Shown: piece after piece, positions 56,901 through 64,000 of the stretch
Layout: the number at the start of each line of letters is the position of its first letter
Numbering within the stretch: position 1 is the stretch's first letter
From: an uncultured Gemmatimonadales bacterium
GTDB lineage: Bacteria > Gemmatimonadota > Gemmatimonadetes > Gemmatimonadales > Gemmatimonadaceae
Reading direction: 5' to 3'
Assembly (NCBI GenBank): GCA_963793305.1
Contig: CAWBZV010000005.1
Coordinates: forward strand, 992,001-1,056,000
DNA: 64,000 bases
The notes under the pieces: generated by a model
Databases searched by the model: none
What the model saw: the letters and a program-made list of their open reading frames with translations, nothing else
Told to the model about the DNA's origin: nothing
Position numbers and translations under genes: made by a program

Positions 56901-56965
56901 AGCCGGCCCTCAAATTCAACTACGACCGGACGTCGTACCGCGCACCGCCGGGCAGTGGGTTCTAG
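53915..56965 (+). CDS. Putative LPS assembly protein (LptD-like OM beta-barrel)
   Basis: Signal peptide; beta-jellyroll region, ITTCD..PHY, RRSGILTP; C-terminal LQRDLHDW motif. Confidence 0.78.
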   Translation: MRAAQWLVAAALLAAVAPAWVAGQQPGQPPPNIPQQYPNNPNARRANRDSIRQDSVRKLYASDSVKHTVHWIEADSMTNLLLDKDGYSHTRYQGRQAHLNAQTHELQIEGERGINVGRAAVDRDTTLIIGNTIRYNDSTQRVYAKGDTIVLHDPTSNESNVFSFNSLTYDVGTHTAVVTSVSTDYTQSGQQWFIQAEKAAYVGDTVKGPKGGHNIFYGRYGDITTCDDSFPHYHIRGGELKYVSKQVLVIRPAVLYIANVPILWLPFMFQDLRRGRRSGILTPRFGFTELLRNSPTYRRHVENVGYYFVMGQYADFTTWLDWRSGARANVGDPGFTQYNGEFRYRWLDRFLDGDLAANYRTQQDGSTNTAIYWNHRQDFSLHSHLQLNINYVTSTVVQQNSYLNPYAALANINSQLNYQQDVGPASMSLGGTQTQYPGQTRLDRTFPTLSITSKPVSAGTWLTWSPSFSATNAQSYGLDQPGDFAYLYGVTQEGQLDSTLRNRDTRNSSASFDTPLKIFGFNWRNSFRVRDQYNNYPVNDVIYVPTKIDGRDTTVSTTRTYRTSYATALDWDTGIDLPSILQGSWNIVPSVSVVNADGQAPFLQRTELSGDSWVSQGKNLVYGLSVSPTFFGLFPGILGISRIRHSITTTLTFDYASAAHTSTAFLLANGQNPVGYLGNLAQESATLGLSTNIEAKFRDGPDTAPDNGTKIKLLSLNFDPITWDFARAAATHHTGLTNTSFGYDIRTDLIPGLDFRESYSLFQGNPESDTAVFKPFLTSISASVSFGANSHILDPFKKLLGIKVEQKKPDSLAGRDPFFQQQAQAGHVAGQGAQYSQYSIPTIGASGWNVSLTFTENQQRPLVGDTAGAIAYNPALICAQFQATNPTLYAVCVYQKQHSIASSDTSLISSGYNCTTQACPPVVVPPQSSLAASLAFSLTPRWSAQWQTTYDFTRHNFASQVVTLQRDLHDWKAVFSFTQSPTGSFGFTFFVALKAEPALKFNYDRTSYRAPPGSGF

Positions 56966-56981
56966 ACACGGTACAAATGCT

Positions 56982-57077
56982 TGTCCCTCCTAGGGGACAG
57001 CCCCGGGCGGTTAACGCTGCCATCGATCTGCGCGTCATAGGGTTAGGTAGTATAGGCTCCTTGGCCCAAGGAGTGCT
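56982..57077 (+). promoter_or_regulatory. Sigma54 (-24/-12) promoter with upstream palindromic enhancer candidate
   Basis: TTGGCCCAAGGAGTGCT (57061-77; GG-N10-GC); TGTCCC-N6-GGGACA (56982-99). Confidence 0.55.
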
Positions 57078-57116
57078 TATCTGTCGCTTTAGTCTCCACT
57101 TCTGAGGAATCTCTCA

Positions 57117-57941
57117 ATGACCCGCAAACGTCCGTGGCGCGCTGCCGGGATTGCACTCGCTGCGCTCGTCGCCGCGTGCAATAACGACAACAGCAATGTC
57201 CTGAGCAACTATGTCGCTCCCGGAGCCCCGGTTGGGCTCGTGTATCAGTTGAACCTCGGCGAGCAGATCGGAGCGGACTCCATCATCGAGCCAGGCGTGC
57301 TGCTCAGTTGGCTGCCGCCGAATCCGGATTCGACCGTACAGGACTTCGCGGTCTTCGGCTCGGATAGCACCGATTCGGCCGGATTTGTCCAACGAGCGGT
57401 GACGACCTCGATCACGTTCCACGACGCCGGCCTGCCACAGGTCCAGTACTTCGTGGAATCGCAGGACGTCAATGGCGTCTCCAGCGCGCCATCGAACATT
57501 GTCCTCATCAACCCGGCTGACACCGTGCCGGCTCCCTCGGGTCTTACTGGCACGCCCCTCGATTCCGCTGCGGAGCTCGCGTGGCCCGATAACTCCATTA
57601 CGGGGGCGAACGGGAGTCACTTCGATTACTACCGCGTGTACTCGGACGCGGATAGCAACAACACCTGCGTGAGCTCGACGACGGTGCTCGAAGGGACGAC
57701 GGTATCGAACGGATTCGTGATCACGGGCATCGCGAACGGTACTGCGCGCTCTTACTTCGTCACCGCGGTGACAAAGAGCGGACACGAGAGCAACTGCTCC
57801 CCGGCGACGGTCATCACCCCGAGCGGGTCCGACCCGTCGTTCTCGGTCGCCAAAATCCCGGGGAATTTCATGGTGATCGCGCACCATCCGATCGTGCTGC
57901 ATCGCGCGCACACGGTCACCCGTCTGATCGCGCACAAGTAG
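57117..57941 (+). CDS. Lipoprotein with fibronectin type III-like domains
   Basis: Lipobox LVAAC; LSWLPP, PAPSGL…LAW, YRVY, YFVTAV…GHES. Confidence 0.78.
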   Translation: MTRKRPWRAAGIALAALVAACNNDNSNVLSNYVAPGAPVGLVYQLNLGEQIGADSIIEPGVLLSWLPPNPDSTVQDFAVFGSDSTDSAGFVQRAVTTSITFHDAGLPQVQYFVESQDVNGVSSAPSNIVLINPADTVPAPSGLTGTPLDSAAELAWPDNSITGANGSHFDYYRVYSDADSNNTCVSSTTVLEGTTVSNGFVITGIANGTARSYFVTAVTKSGHESNCSPATVITPSGSDPSFSVAKIPGNFMVIAHHPIVLHRAHTVTRLIAHK

Positions 57942-57987
57942 AGCGCGCCCTTGAATCGATGGGGGCCACGTCTGAGCTTTTTAGACG

Positions 57988-59526
57988 ATGGCCCCCTCAG
58001 AACTCGTTGAAATCGACGGCCGATCCCTGACGGTCGAGGACGTTTTCTCGGTCGCGACTGCCGGCGCGAGCGTTCGCCTGGCCCCCCAGGCACGCGCGCG
58101 GATGGAGAAAACGCGCTCGATCGTTGATGGGATAGTCGCCCGCCGCGAGGTGGTCTACGGCATCACCACGGGCTTCGGCAAGCTGTCCGAAGTGGCGATC
58201 CCGATCGACCGGCTCGCCGATCTCCAAGTCAACCTGATCCGCAGTCACTCTGCCGGCGTCGGCCCGCTGCTCAGTGAACGCGAAGTCCGCGCGATGATGC
58301 TCCTGCGCGCGAACGTACTGGCCGGTGGATTCGCCGGTTGTCGCCCGGCGCTCGTCGAGCTGCTGCTCGGAATGCTGAATGCGGGCCTCACGCCGCCGAT
58401 CCCGGAGCAGGGAAGCGTCGGTGCCTCGGGCGATCTGGCGCCGCTCTCGCACCTCGCTCTGGCACTGATCGGCGAGGGCACACTGGCTGGCAGTGGCGAT
58501 TCGGGTCCAGCCGCGCGAATGCTCGCCGCGCACGGTCTCGCGCCAGTCGTCCTCGGCCCGAAAGAGGGCATCTCTCTCGTCAACGGCACGCAAGCCCACA
58601 CGTCGATCGCCGCGCTCTCGCTCATCGACGCCCGCCGGCTCTGGTTTACGGCCCACATCGCGGGCGCCATGTCGCTCGAAGCCCTCCTCGGCACGCCGGT
58701 GGCATTCGACGAACGCATCCACCGCGCGCGCGGGCAGATCGGGCAGGCCGAGAGTGCCGCTCTCCTCCGCGCGCTCCTGGCGGACAGTGAGATCCGCGAG
58801 TCGCATCGGCTGAATGACCCGCGGGTGCAGGACGCCTACGCGTTGCGTTGCATGCCCCAGGTGCACGGCCCGGTACGCGACGCCCTCGACTTCGCCGCCG
58901 GGGTGATCGGCCGCGAGCTGAATGCTGCCACGGACAACCCGCTCGTGTTCGACGACGGCACGATGCTCTCGGGCGGCAATTTCCACGGCCAGTCCGTAGC
59001 CATGATTCTCGATTATCTCGCCATCGCCCTCACGAACCTGGCGACGATGTCCGAGCGCCGGATCGACCGCCTGGTCAACCCCGACCTCAATCAAGGGCTG
59101 CCTCCGTTCCTGTCTCCAGATCCGGGCGTGCACTCGGGCTACATGATGGTCCAGGTCACCGCGGCCGCGCTGGCGAGCGAGTGCAAAGGGCTCTCCCACC
59201 CGGCGAGCGTGGACACGATTCCGACGGACGGAAGCAAAGAGGACGTTGTCCCGATGGCGATGGGTGCGGCCACCAAGCTCCGCCGCATCGTGCGCAACGT
59301 CCAGCACGTGCTGGCGATCGAGCTGTTGTGCGCGGCCCAGGGCATCGATTATCGCGCCCCGCTCGCGCCGGGCGTCGGGGTTCGCCGTGCCCACGCCAAG
59401 ATCCGCGAGCTCGTCAACCCACTCGTCGAGGATCGCGTCCCCAGCCCGGACATGGCGGCGTTGGCCGACGCGATCGCCAACGGTCACTTCGACTTTTCTG
59501 ACCATTATGACCACGCTAGCGTCTGA
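57988..59526 (+). CDS. hutH: Histidine ammonia-lyase
   Basis: [11 protein letters not shown] motif [21 protein letters not shown]. Confidence 0.96.
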   Translation: MAPSELVEIDGRSLTVEDVFSVATAGASVRLAPQARARMEKTRSIVDGIVARREVVYGITTGFGKLSEVAIPIDRLADLQVNLIRSHSAGVGPLLSEREVRAMMLLRANVLAGGFAGCRPALVELLLGMLNAGLTPPIPEQGSVGASGDLAPLSHLALALIGEGTLAGSGDSGPAARMLAAHGLAPVVLGPKEGISLVNGTQAHTSIAALSLIDARRLWFTAHIAGAMSLEALLGTPVAFDERIHRARGQIGQAESAALLRALLADSEIRESHRLNDPRVQDAYALRCMPQVHGPVRDALDFAAGVIGRELNAATDNPLVFDDGTMLSGGNFHGQSVAMILDYLAIALTNLATMSERRIDRLVNPDLNQGLPPFLSPDPGVHSGYMMVQVTAAALASECKGLSHPASVDTIPTDGSKEDVVPMAMGAATKLRRIVRNVQHVLAIELLCAAQGIDYRAPLAPGVGVRRAHAKIRELVNPLVEDRVPSPDMAALADAIANGHFDFSDHYDHASV

Positions 59527-61168
59527 GCAAGTCGTCCGCGCGCCGCGCGGAACACAGCTCTCCTGCCGCGGTTGGCAGCAGGAGGCCGCGATGCGCATGC
59601 TGATGAACAACCTGGATCCCGATGTCGCCGAGCGACCCGAGGATCTCGTCGTCTACGGCGGCACCGGCAAAGCGGTGCGAAATTGGGCCGCCTTCGATCG
59701 CACCGTCGAGACGCTCCGCCGCCTCGGCGACGACGAGACGTTGCTCATGCAGAGCGGCAAACCGGTCGCGGTATTCCGCACACATCCAGGCGCACCACGC
59801 GTATTGATCGCCAACAGCAATCTCGTTCCGCGTTGGGCGAACTGGGACGAATTCCGTCGCTTGGAGGCGATGGGCCTCACGATGTACGGCCAGATGACCG
59901 CTGGCTCGTGGATTTACATCGGCTCGCAGGGCATTGTGCAGGGCACCTACGAGACTTTTGGCGCGGTCGCCGCTCGCCACTTCGGCGGCACGCTGTCCGG
60001 GCGATTCGTGCTCACCGGTGGCCTGGGCGGCATGGGTGGCGCCCAACCACTCGCGGCGACGATGCATGGCGCCGCTGTTCTGGCTGTCGAAATCGATCCC
60101 GCTCGTATCGACAAGCGGATCGCCACACGCTACTGCGATCGCCGCACGGCAGACCTCGACGAGGCGCTCCGCTGGATCGACGACGCGCGCCGCCGCGGTG
60201 TCGCGCTCTCCGTCGGTCTGGTCGGGAACACCGCGACCGTCCTCCCTGAGCTCGTCCGTCGCGGGATCACGCCCGACGTCCTCACCGATCAGACATCCGC
60301 GCACGACATGCTCAACGGGTATGTCCCGGCTGAGATGTCGCTCGACGCCGCGATGGCCCTCCGCGCATCGCAACCGGGCGAGTACGTTCGCCGCTCGACC
60401 GCCTCGGCGGCCGAACATGTCCGCGCCATGCTGGAGATGCAGCGCCGTGGGGCGATCTCGTTCGACTACGGCAACAATCTTCGCACGGTCGCATTTGATG
60501 CGGGTGTGCGAGACGCATTCAACATCCCGGGCTTCGTTCCCGAATATGTCCGGCCGCTATTCTGCGAGGGGAAGGGGCCATTCCGTTGGGTCGCGCTCTC
60601 CGGCGATCCGCGTGACATCTATCGCACGGATGCGTTGGCCCTCGAGCTATTCCCGAATGACCCGCATCTCAGGCGCTGGCTGACGTTGGCCAGAGAGAGA
60701 ATCCAGTTCCAGGGACTCCCCGCGAGAATCTGTTGGTTGGGCCAGGGAGATCGCGCAAAGTTCGGTGTGGCCATGAACGATCTCGTCGCGCGCGGCGAGA
60801 TCTCGGCGCCGATCGTCATCGGCCGCGACCACCTCGATACGGGCAGTGTGGCATCGCCATTCCGCGAGACCGAGGCTATGAAAGATGGCAGCGATGCGAT
60901 CGCCGACTGGCCGATCCTCAATGCCTTGCTGAACGTGGCGAGCGGCGCGTCCTGGGTCTCGTTCCACCACGGTGGCGGCGTCGGCATTGGCAATTCGCTG
61001 CACGCGGGCCAAGTCATTGTCGCCGACGGCACGCCGGCCATGGCCGAGCGCCTGCAGCGCGTGCTGACCAACGACCCGGGCATCGGCGTCGCGCGTCACG
61101 CCGATGCCGGCTATGAGATCGCGCAGCAAACCGCCGCCGAGCAACGCATCGATCTCCCCATGGCCTGA
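59507..61168 (+). CDS. hutU: Urocanate hydratase
   Basis: [43 protein letters not shown]. Confidence 0.97.
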   Translation: MTTLASEQVVRAPRGTQLSCRGWQQEAAMRMLMNNLDPDVAERPEDLVVYGGTGKAVRNWAAFDRTVETLRRLGDDETLLMQSGKPVAVFRTHPGAPRVLIANSNLVPRWANWDEFRRLEAMGLTMYGQMTAGSWIYIGSQGIVQGTYETFGAVAARHFGGTLSGRFVLTGGLGGMGGAQPLAATMHGAAVLAVEIDPARIDKRIATRYCDRRTADLDEALRWIDDARRRGVALSVGLVGNTATVLPELVRRGITPDVLTDQTSAHDMLNGYVPAEMSLDAAMALRASQPGEYVRRSTASAAEHVRAMLEMQRRGAISFDYGNNLRTVAFDAGVRDAFNIPGFVPEYVRPLFCEGKGPFRWVALSGDPRDIYRTDALALELFPNDPHLRRWLTLARERIQFQGLPARICWLGQGDRAKFGVAMNDLVARGEISAPIVIGRDHLDTGSVASPFRETEAMKDGSDAIADWPILNALLNVASGASWVSFHHGGGVGIGNSLHAGQVIVADGTPAMAERLQRVLTNDPGIGVARHADAGYEIAQQTAAEQRIDLPMA

Positions 61169-61169
61169 C

Positions 61170-62135
61170 GTGCTGTCGTCGCGTTTCGCGCCGTGGGACG
61201 TCCCGGTATTCCTGGCGAAGCACGCCTGGCTGACGGCTCGGAAGCGTCCGGTTCTCGTCAACTTCGAGGTCACGCTTCGCTGTAACGCGCGATGCGGGTT
61301 TTGCGATTACTGGAAGACGCCGTCGGAGAGCCGCCAGTCGGAGTGCCAGTCGTTCGCCGACGCGGCGCGGTTCTTCAACCCGCTCATGATCACGTTCACG
61401 GGCGGCGAACCACTCCTCCGCCGGGATCTCGAAGACCTCGTCCGCGCCGTCACCGGCGCGATCCGCGTGAAATACACCACGATCCTGACACACGGTGGCC
61501 TGCTGACCGTCGATCGCGCGCGTTCACTGTGGGACGCCGGGATCAACCAGTTCAACATCTCGTTGGATTTCCTGGACGGCCGCCACGATGCGGCCCGTGG
61601 CATCCCGGGGCTCACCGAGAAAATCTTGTCGACCGTCCCGCGACTGCGTGCAGCGGGCATCGATAGCATTCGCTTCAACACGGTCATTCGAAACGACAAT
61701 CTCGATCAGCTCCTGCCGATCGTCCACCGGGCGGCCGCCCTGGGCTGCGGAGTGAATTTCAGCACGTACACATCGCTGAAAAATGCCAACGCCGATCCGG
61801 TGCTGGTGCCGAGCGACACGCTCGATCTAGTCATCGCGCAGTTGCTGGCCTACAAGCGCCGCCGGCGTGGTGTGATTACGAGCTCGGACTACTATCTCGC
61901 CCAGATCCCGCGTTATGTCCGTGGCGAGTTGCGCGAGCCGTGCCAGTCAGGATTACGCACGATCCATATCGATCCAACAGGCCGGGTCAAACGCTGCCCT
62001 GATTTTCCAACAGACGGTCACTGGACCGAGTACGCGGGCTATGAGCCGATCGACTGCAATGCCTGCTTCTATGCCTGCCGCGGCGAAGCCCAAGCACCGG
62101 TGGGGCTCTCACGTGTGCTCGATGTGCTAGCGTGA
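61170..62135 (+). CDS. Radical SAM protein with C-terminal SPASM/twitch-like Cys cluster
   Basis: CNARCGFC, TGGEPL; C-terminal C…C…CNACFYAC. Confidence 0.9.
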   Translation: MLSSRFAPWDVPVFLAKHAWLTARKRPVLVNFEVTLRCNARCGFCDYWKTPSESRQSECQSFADAARFFNPLMITFTGGEPLLRRDLEDLVRAVTGAIRVKYTTILTHGGLLTVDRARSLWDAGINQFNISLDFLDGRHDAARGIPGLTEKILSTVPRLRAAGIDSIRFNTVIRNDNLDQLLPIVHRAAALGCGVNFSTYTSLKNANADPVLVPSDTLDLVIAQLLAYKRRRRGVITSSDYYLAQIPRYVRGELREPCQSGLRTIHIDPTGRVKRCPDFPTDGHWTEYAGYEPIDCNACFYACRGEAQAPVGLSRVLDVLA

Positions 62136-63394
62136 CGGACGTTCTCTTTATCGACGCCGCACAGGTCGTCACCTGTGCCGGCCCCGCTCGCGCACGCCGC
62201 GGCGCCGAGATGAACGATCTTGGCCTCCTTACTGGTACCTCGGTCGCCGTCCGCGATGGTCGCATAGCCGCGGTCGGGCCGCAGGCCGAACTGGAGCGGC
62301 AGTTTGCCGAGGCCGCACGGATCAATTGCAACCGGGGCGTGTTGGTCCCGGGCTGGGTCGACTCCCACACGCACGCGATCTTCGGCCGCCCGCGCGCGGA
62401 CGAGCAAGAGCTCCGCGCCGCCGGCGCGAGCTACATGGAGATCGCCGCGCGCGGCGGAGGTATCCACGCCTCGGTGCGAGATCTCCGTACCCGTTCCGAA
62501 GACGAGCTGTTCTCGTTGGCCCTGGGCCGGCTTCGCCGCCTGGCCGCCTACGGCACGACGACGGTCGAGGTGAAGTCGGGCTACGGTCTCACGGTGGAAG
62601 ACGAGCTCAAAGAGCTCCGCGTGATCGCACGCCTGGCCGAGGTGTTGCCGGTACGGCTGGTCCCCACATGGCTCGGCGCCCACGAAATCCCTCTTGAGTA
62701 CCGCTCGACCCGTAACAAGTACGTGGACTTGCTCGTCCACGAAATGCTCCCTCGTGTGGTCGGCGATCGCCTCGCGCGGTTCGCCGATGTCTTCTGCGAG
62801 CCAGGCGTATTCACGGTCGCCGAGAGCCGAACGATCCTCACCGCGGCCAAACACGCTGGTCTGGGCCTCAAGCTGCACGCTGACGAGCTCGAGCCCTCCG
62901 GCGGCGCCGAGCTCGCGGCGCAGATCGGGGCGACATCGGCGGACCATCTGGCGGCGATCTCGGATGCCGGGGTCGCGGCGCTGGCGGCATCGAACACGGT
63001 CGCCACGCTCCTGCCAGGCACGATGTTGTTTTTGGGACGTAGATCACAAGCGCCGGCACGAGCCCTGATCGAGGCGGGGGTGGCCGTCGCGCTGGCGACC
63101 GATTTCAACCCGGGGACATCACCAACGCCGAATCTGCCGTTGATTTTAACCCTGGCCGTGAGTCAACTGAGACTGACCGTCGCCGAAGCGATCATCGCCG
63201 GGACCGTAAACGGCGCGGCGGCCCTCGGCCTCGCTGACACCATCGGTCAGATCGCCCCGGGTTTCTCGGCTGACCTCGCCCTCTACGAGATCGATGACGT
63301 GCGCGAGCTGCCGTACTGGTACGGAGACCGCCGCTGCCGGGCGTCGTGGGTGAAGGGCAAAGCTTGTACCGAGTTTGACTTAACCGTAGGTTAG
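62132..63394 (+). CDS. hutI: Imidazolonepropionase
   Basis: PGWVDSHTH, EVKSGYGL, GAH, DVFCE, HADE, SADHL, ATDFNPG. Confidence 0.96.
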   Translation: MTDVLFIDAAQVVTCAGPARARRGAEMNDLGLLTGTSVAVRDGRIAAVGPQAELERQFAEAARINCNRGVLVPGWVDSHTHAIFGRPRADEQELRAAGASYMEIAARGGGIHASVRDLRTRSEDELFSLALGRLRRLAAYGTTTVEVKSGYGLTVEDELKELRVIARLAEVLPVRLVPTWLGAHEIPLEYRSTRNKYVDLLVHEMLPRVVGDRLARFADVFCEPGVFTVAESRTILTAAKHAGLGLKLHADELEPSGGAELAAQIGATSADHLAAISDAGVAALAASNTVATLLPGTMLFLGRRSQAPARALIEAGVAVALATDFNPGTSPTPNLPLILTLAVSQLRLTVAEAIIAGTVNGAAALGLADTIGQIAPGFSADLALYEIDDVRELPYWYGDRRCRASWVKGKACTEFDLTVG

Positions 63395-63413
63395 GCAGTC
63401 TATCTAATAACCC

Positions 63414-64000
63414 ATGTCGAACGCTCTCAAACTCAAGAAAAAAGCTGCCGAGTTCGAGCAGAAGAAGCAGTTCGACAAGGCGCTGCAGATTTACATCCAG
63501 ATCCTCGACGAATCGACGGGCGAGGATGATGAGGCCGATGTCGCGCTCTACAACCGCGTCGGCGACCTGCTCATGCGGCAAGGCAGCGTGGGCGATGCGG
63601 TCAACTACTACGAAAAAGCCGTCGACCTCTACGCGGAATCCGGCTTTTTCAATAACGCGATCGCGCTCTGCAACAAAATTCTTCGCCAATCTCCCGGCAG
63701 AAACTCGATCTACTACAAGCTCGGGAAGATCAGTGCGAAAAAAGGTTTCATCTCTGACGCCAAGCAGAATTTCCTCGAATACGCGGACCGCATGCAAAAG
63801 GGCGGTCAGCTCGACGAGGCATTCCGTGCGCTGAAAGAATTCGCCGATCTCTGCCCGGATCAGGATGACATTCGCCTGATGCTGGCCGAGCAGCTGTCCA
63901 AGAAGGACCGCAAGGGCGAAGCGATCGAACAGCTCCAGCATCTCTACGAAAAATTCGTCGCCGAAGGCCGCGGCGCCGAGGCCCGCGCGACCGTCGACCG
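63414..64000 (+). CDS. TPR protein, 3'-truncated by window edge; not in ORF track
   Basis: Manual translation MSNALKLKKKAAEFEQKKQFDKALQIY…LYNRVGDL…NNAIALCNKILRQ…; frame open to the end of the window. Confidence 0.85.
   Translation, partial: MSNALKLKKKAAEFEQKKQFDKALQIYIQILDESTGEDDEADVALYNRVGDLLMRQGSVGDAVNYYEKAVDLYAESGFFNNAIALCNKILRQSPGRNSIYYKLGKISAKKGFISDAKQNFLEYADRMQKGGQLDEAFRALKEFADLCPDQDDIRLMLAEQLSKKDRKGEAIEQLQHLYEKFVAEGRGAEARATVD

Overview
High-GC bacterial chromosome segment. Gene content and protein style suggest Gemmatimonadota (inference). It is mostly core genes, all on the + strand: pyrD-pyrF; a stand-alone alpha operon (rpmJ-rpsM-rpsK-rpsD-rpoA-rplQ) plus rpmB; a nucleotide-sugar/capsule cluster (gmd, rmd-like, carB, wbpD/B/E/A-like, wzi-wza-wzc, ugd, uxs); bamD-nadD-secA-radC-rel; uvrB-tsaE-tsaB-rimI-ssb; ccsA/hemX-sirC-hemA; tol-pal; tatC; an lptD-like gene; and a hut operon with a radical SAM gene inside it. 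Between ssb and a long coiled-coil gene lies a mixed-strand accessory island (~33.1-40.8 kb) with HipBA, DinB, VOC, a reverse-order AbiE pair, a caspase/CPD-like His-Cys protein, an ankyrin gene and a GNAT. The main unexplained signals are: (i) an 87-bp direct repeat that duplicates the 3' end of the His-Cys gene on both sides of the AbiE pair, like an integrase-less, gene-restoring insertion; (ii) a switch-like structured 5' leader with an internal anti-SD upstream of the ankyrin gene; (iii) a pseudoknot-capable element between rpsD and rpoA. Six +1 frameshifts at doubled bases, one in essential ssb, look like long-read assembly errors. No rRNA, tRNA, CRISPR array, integrase or transposase was recognised.
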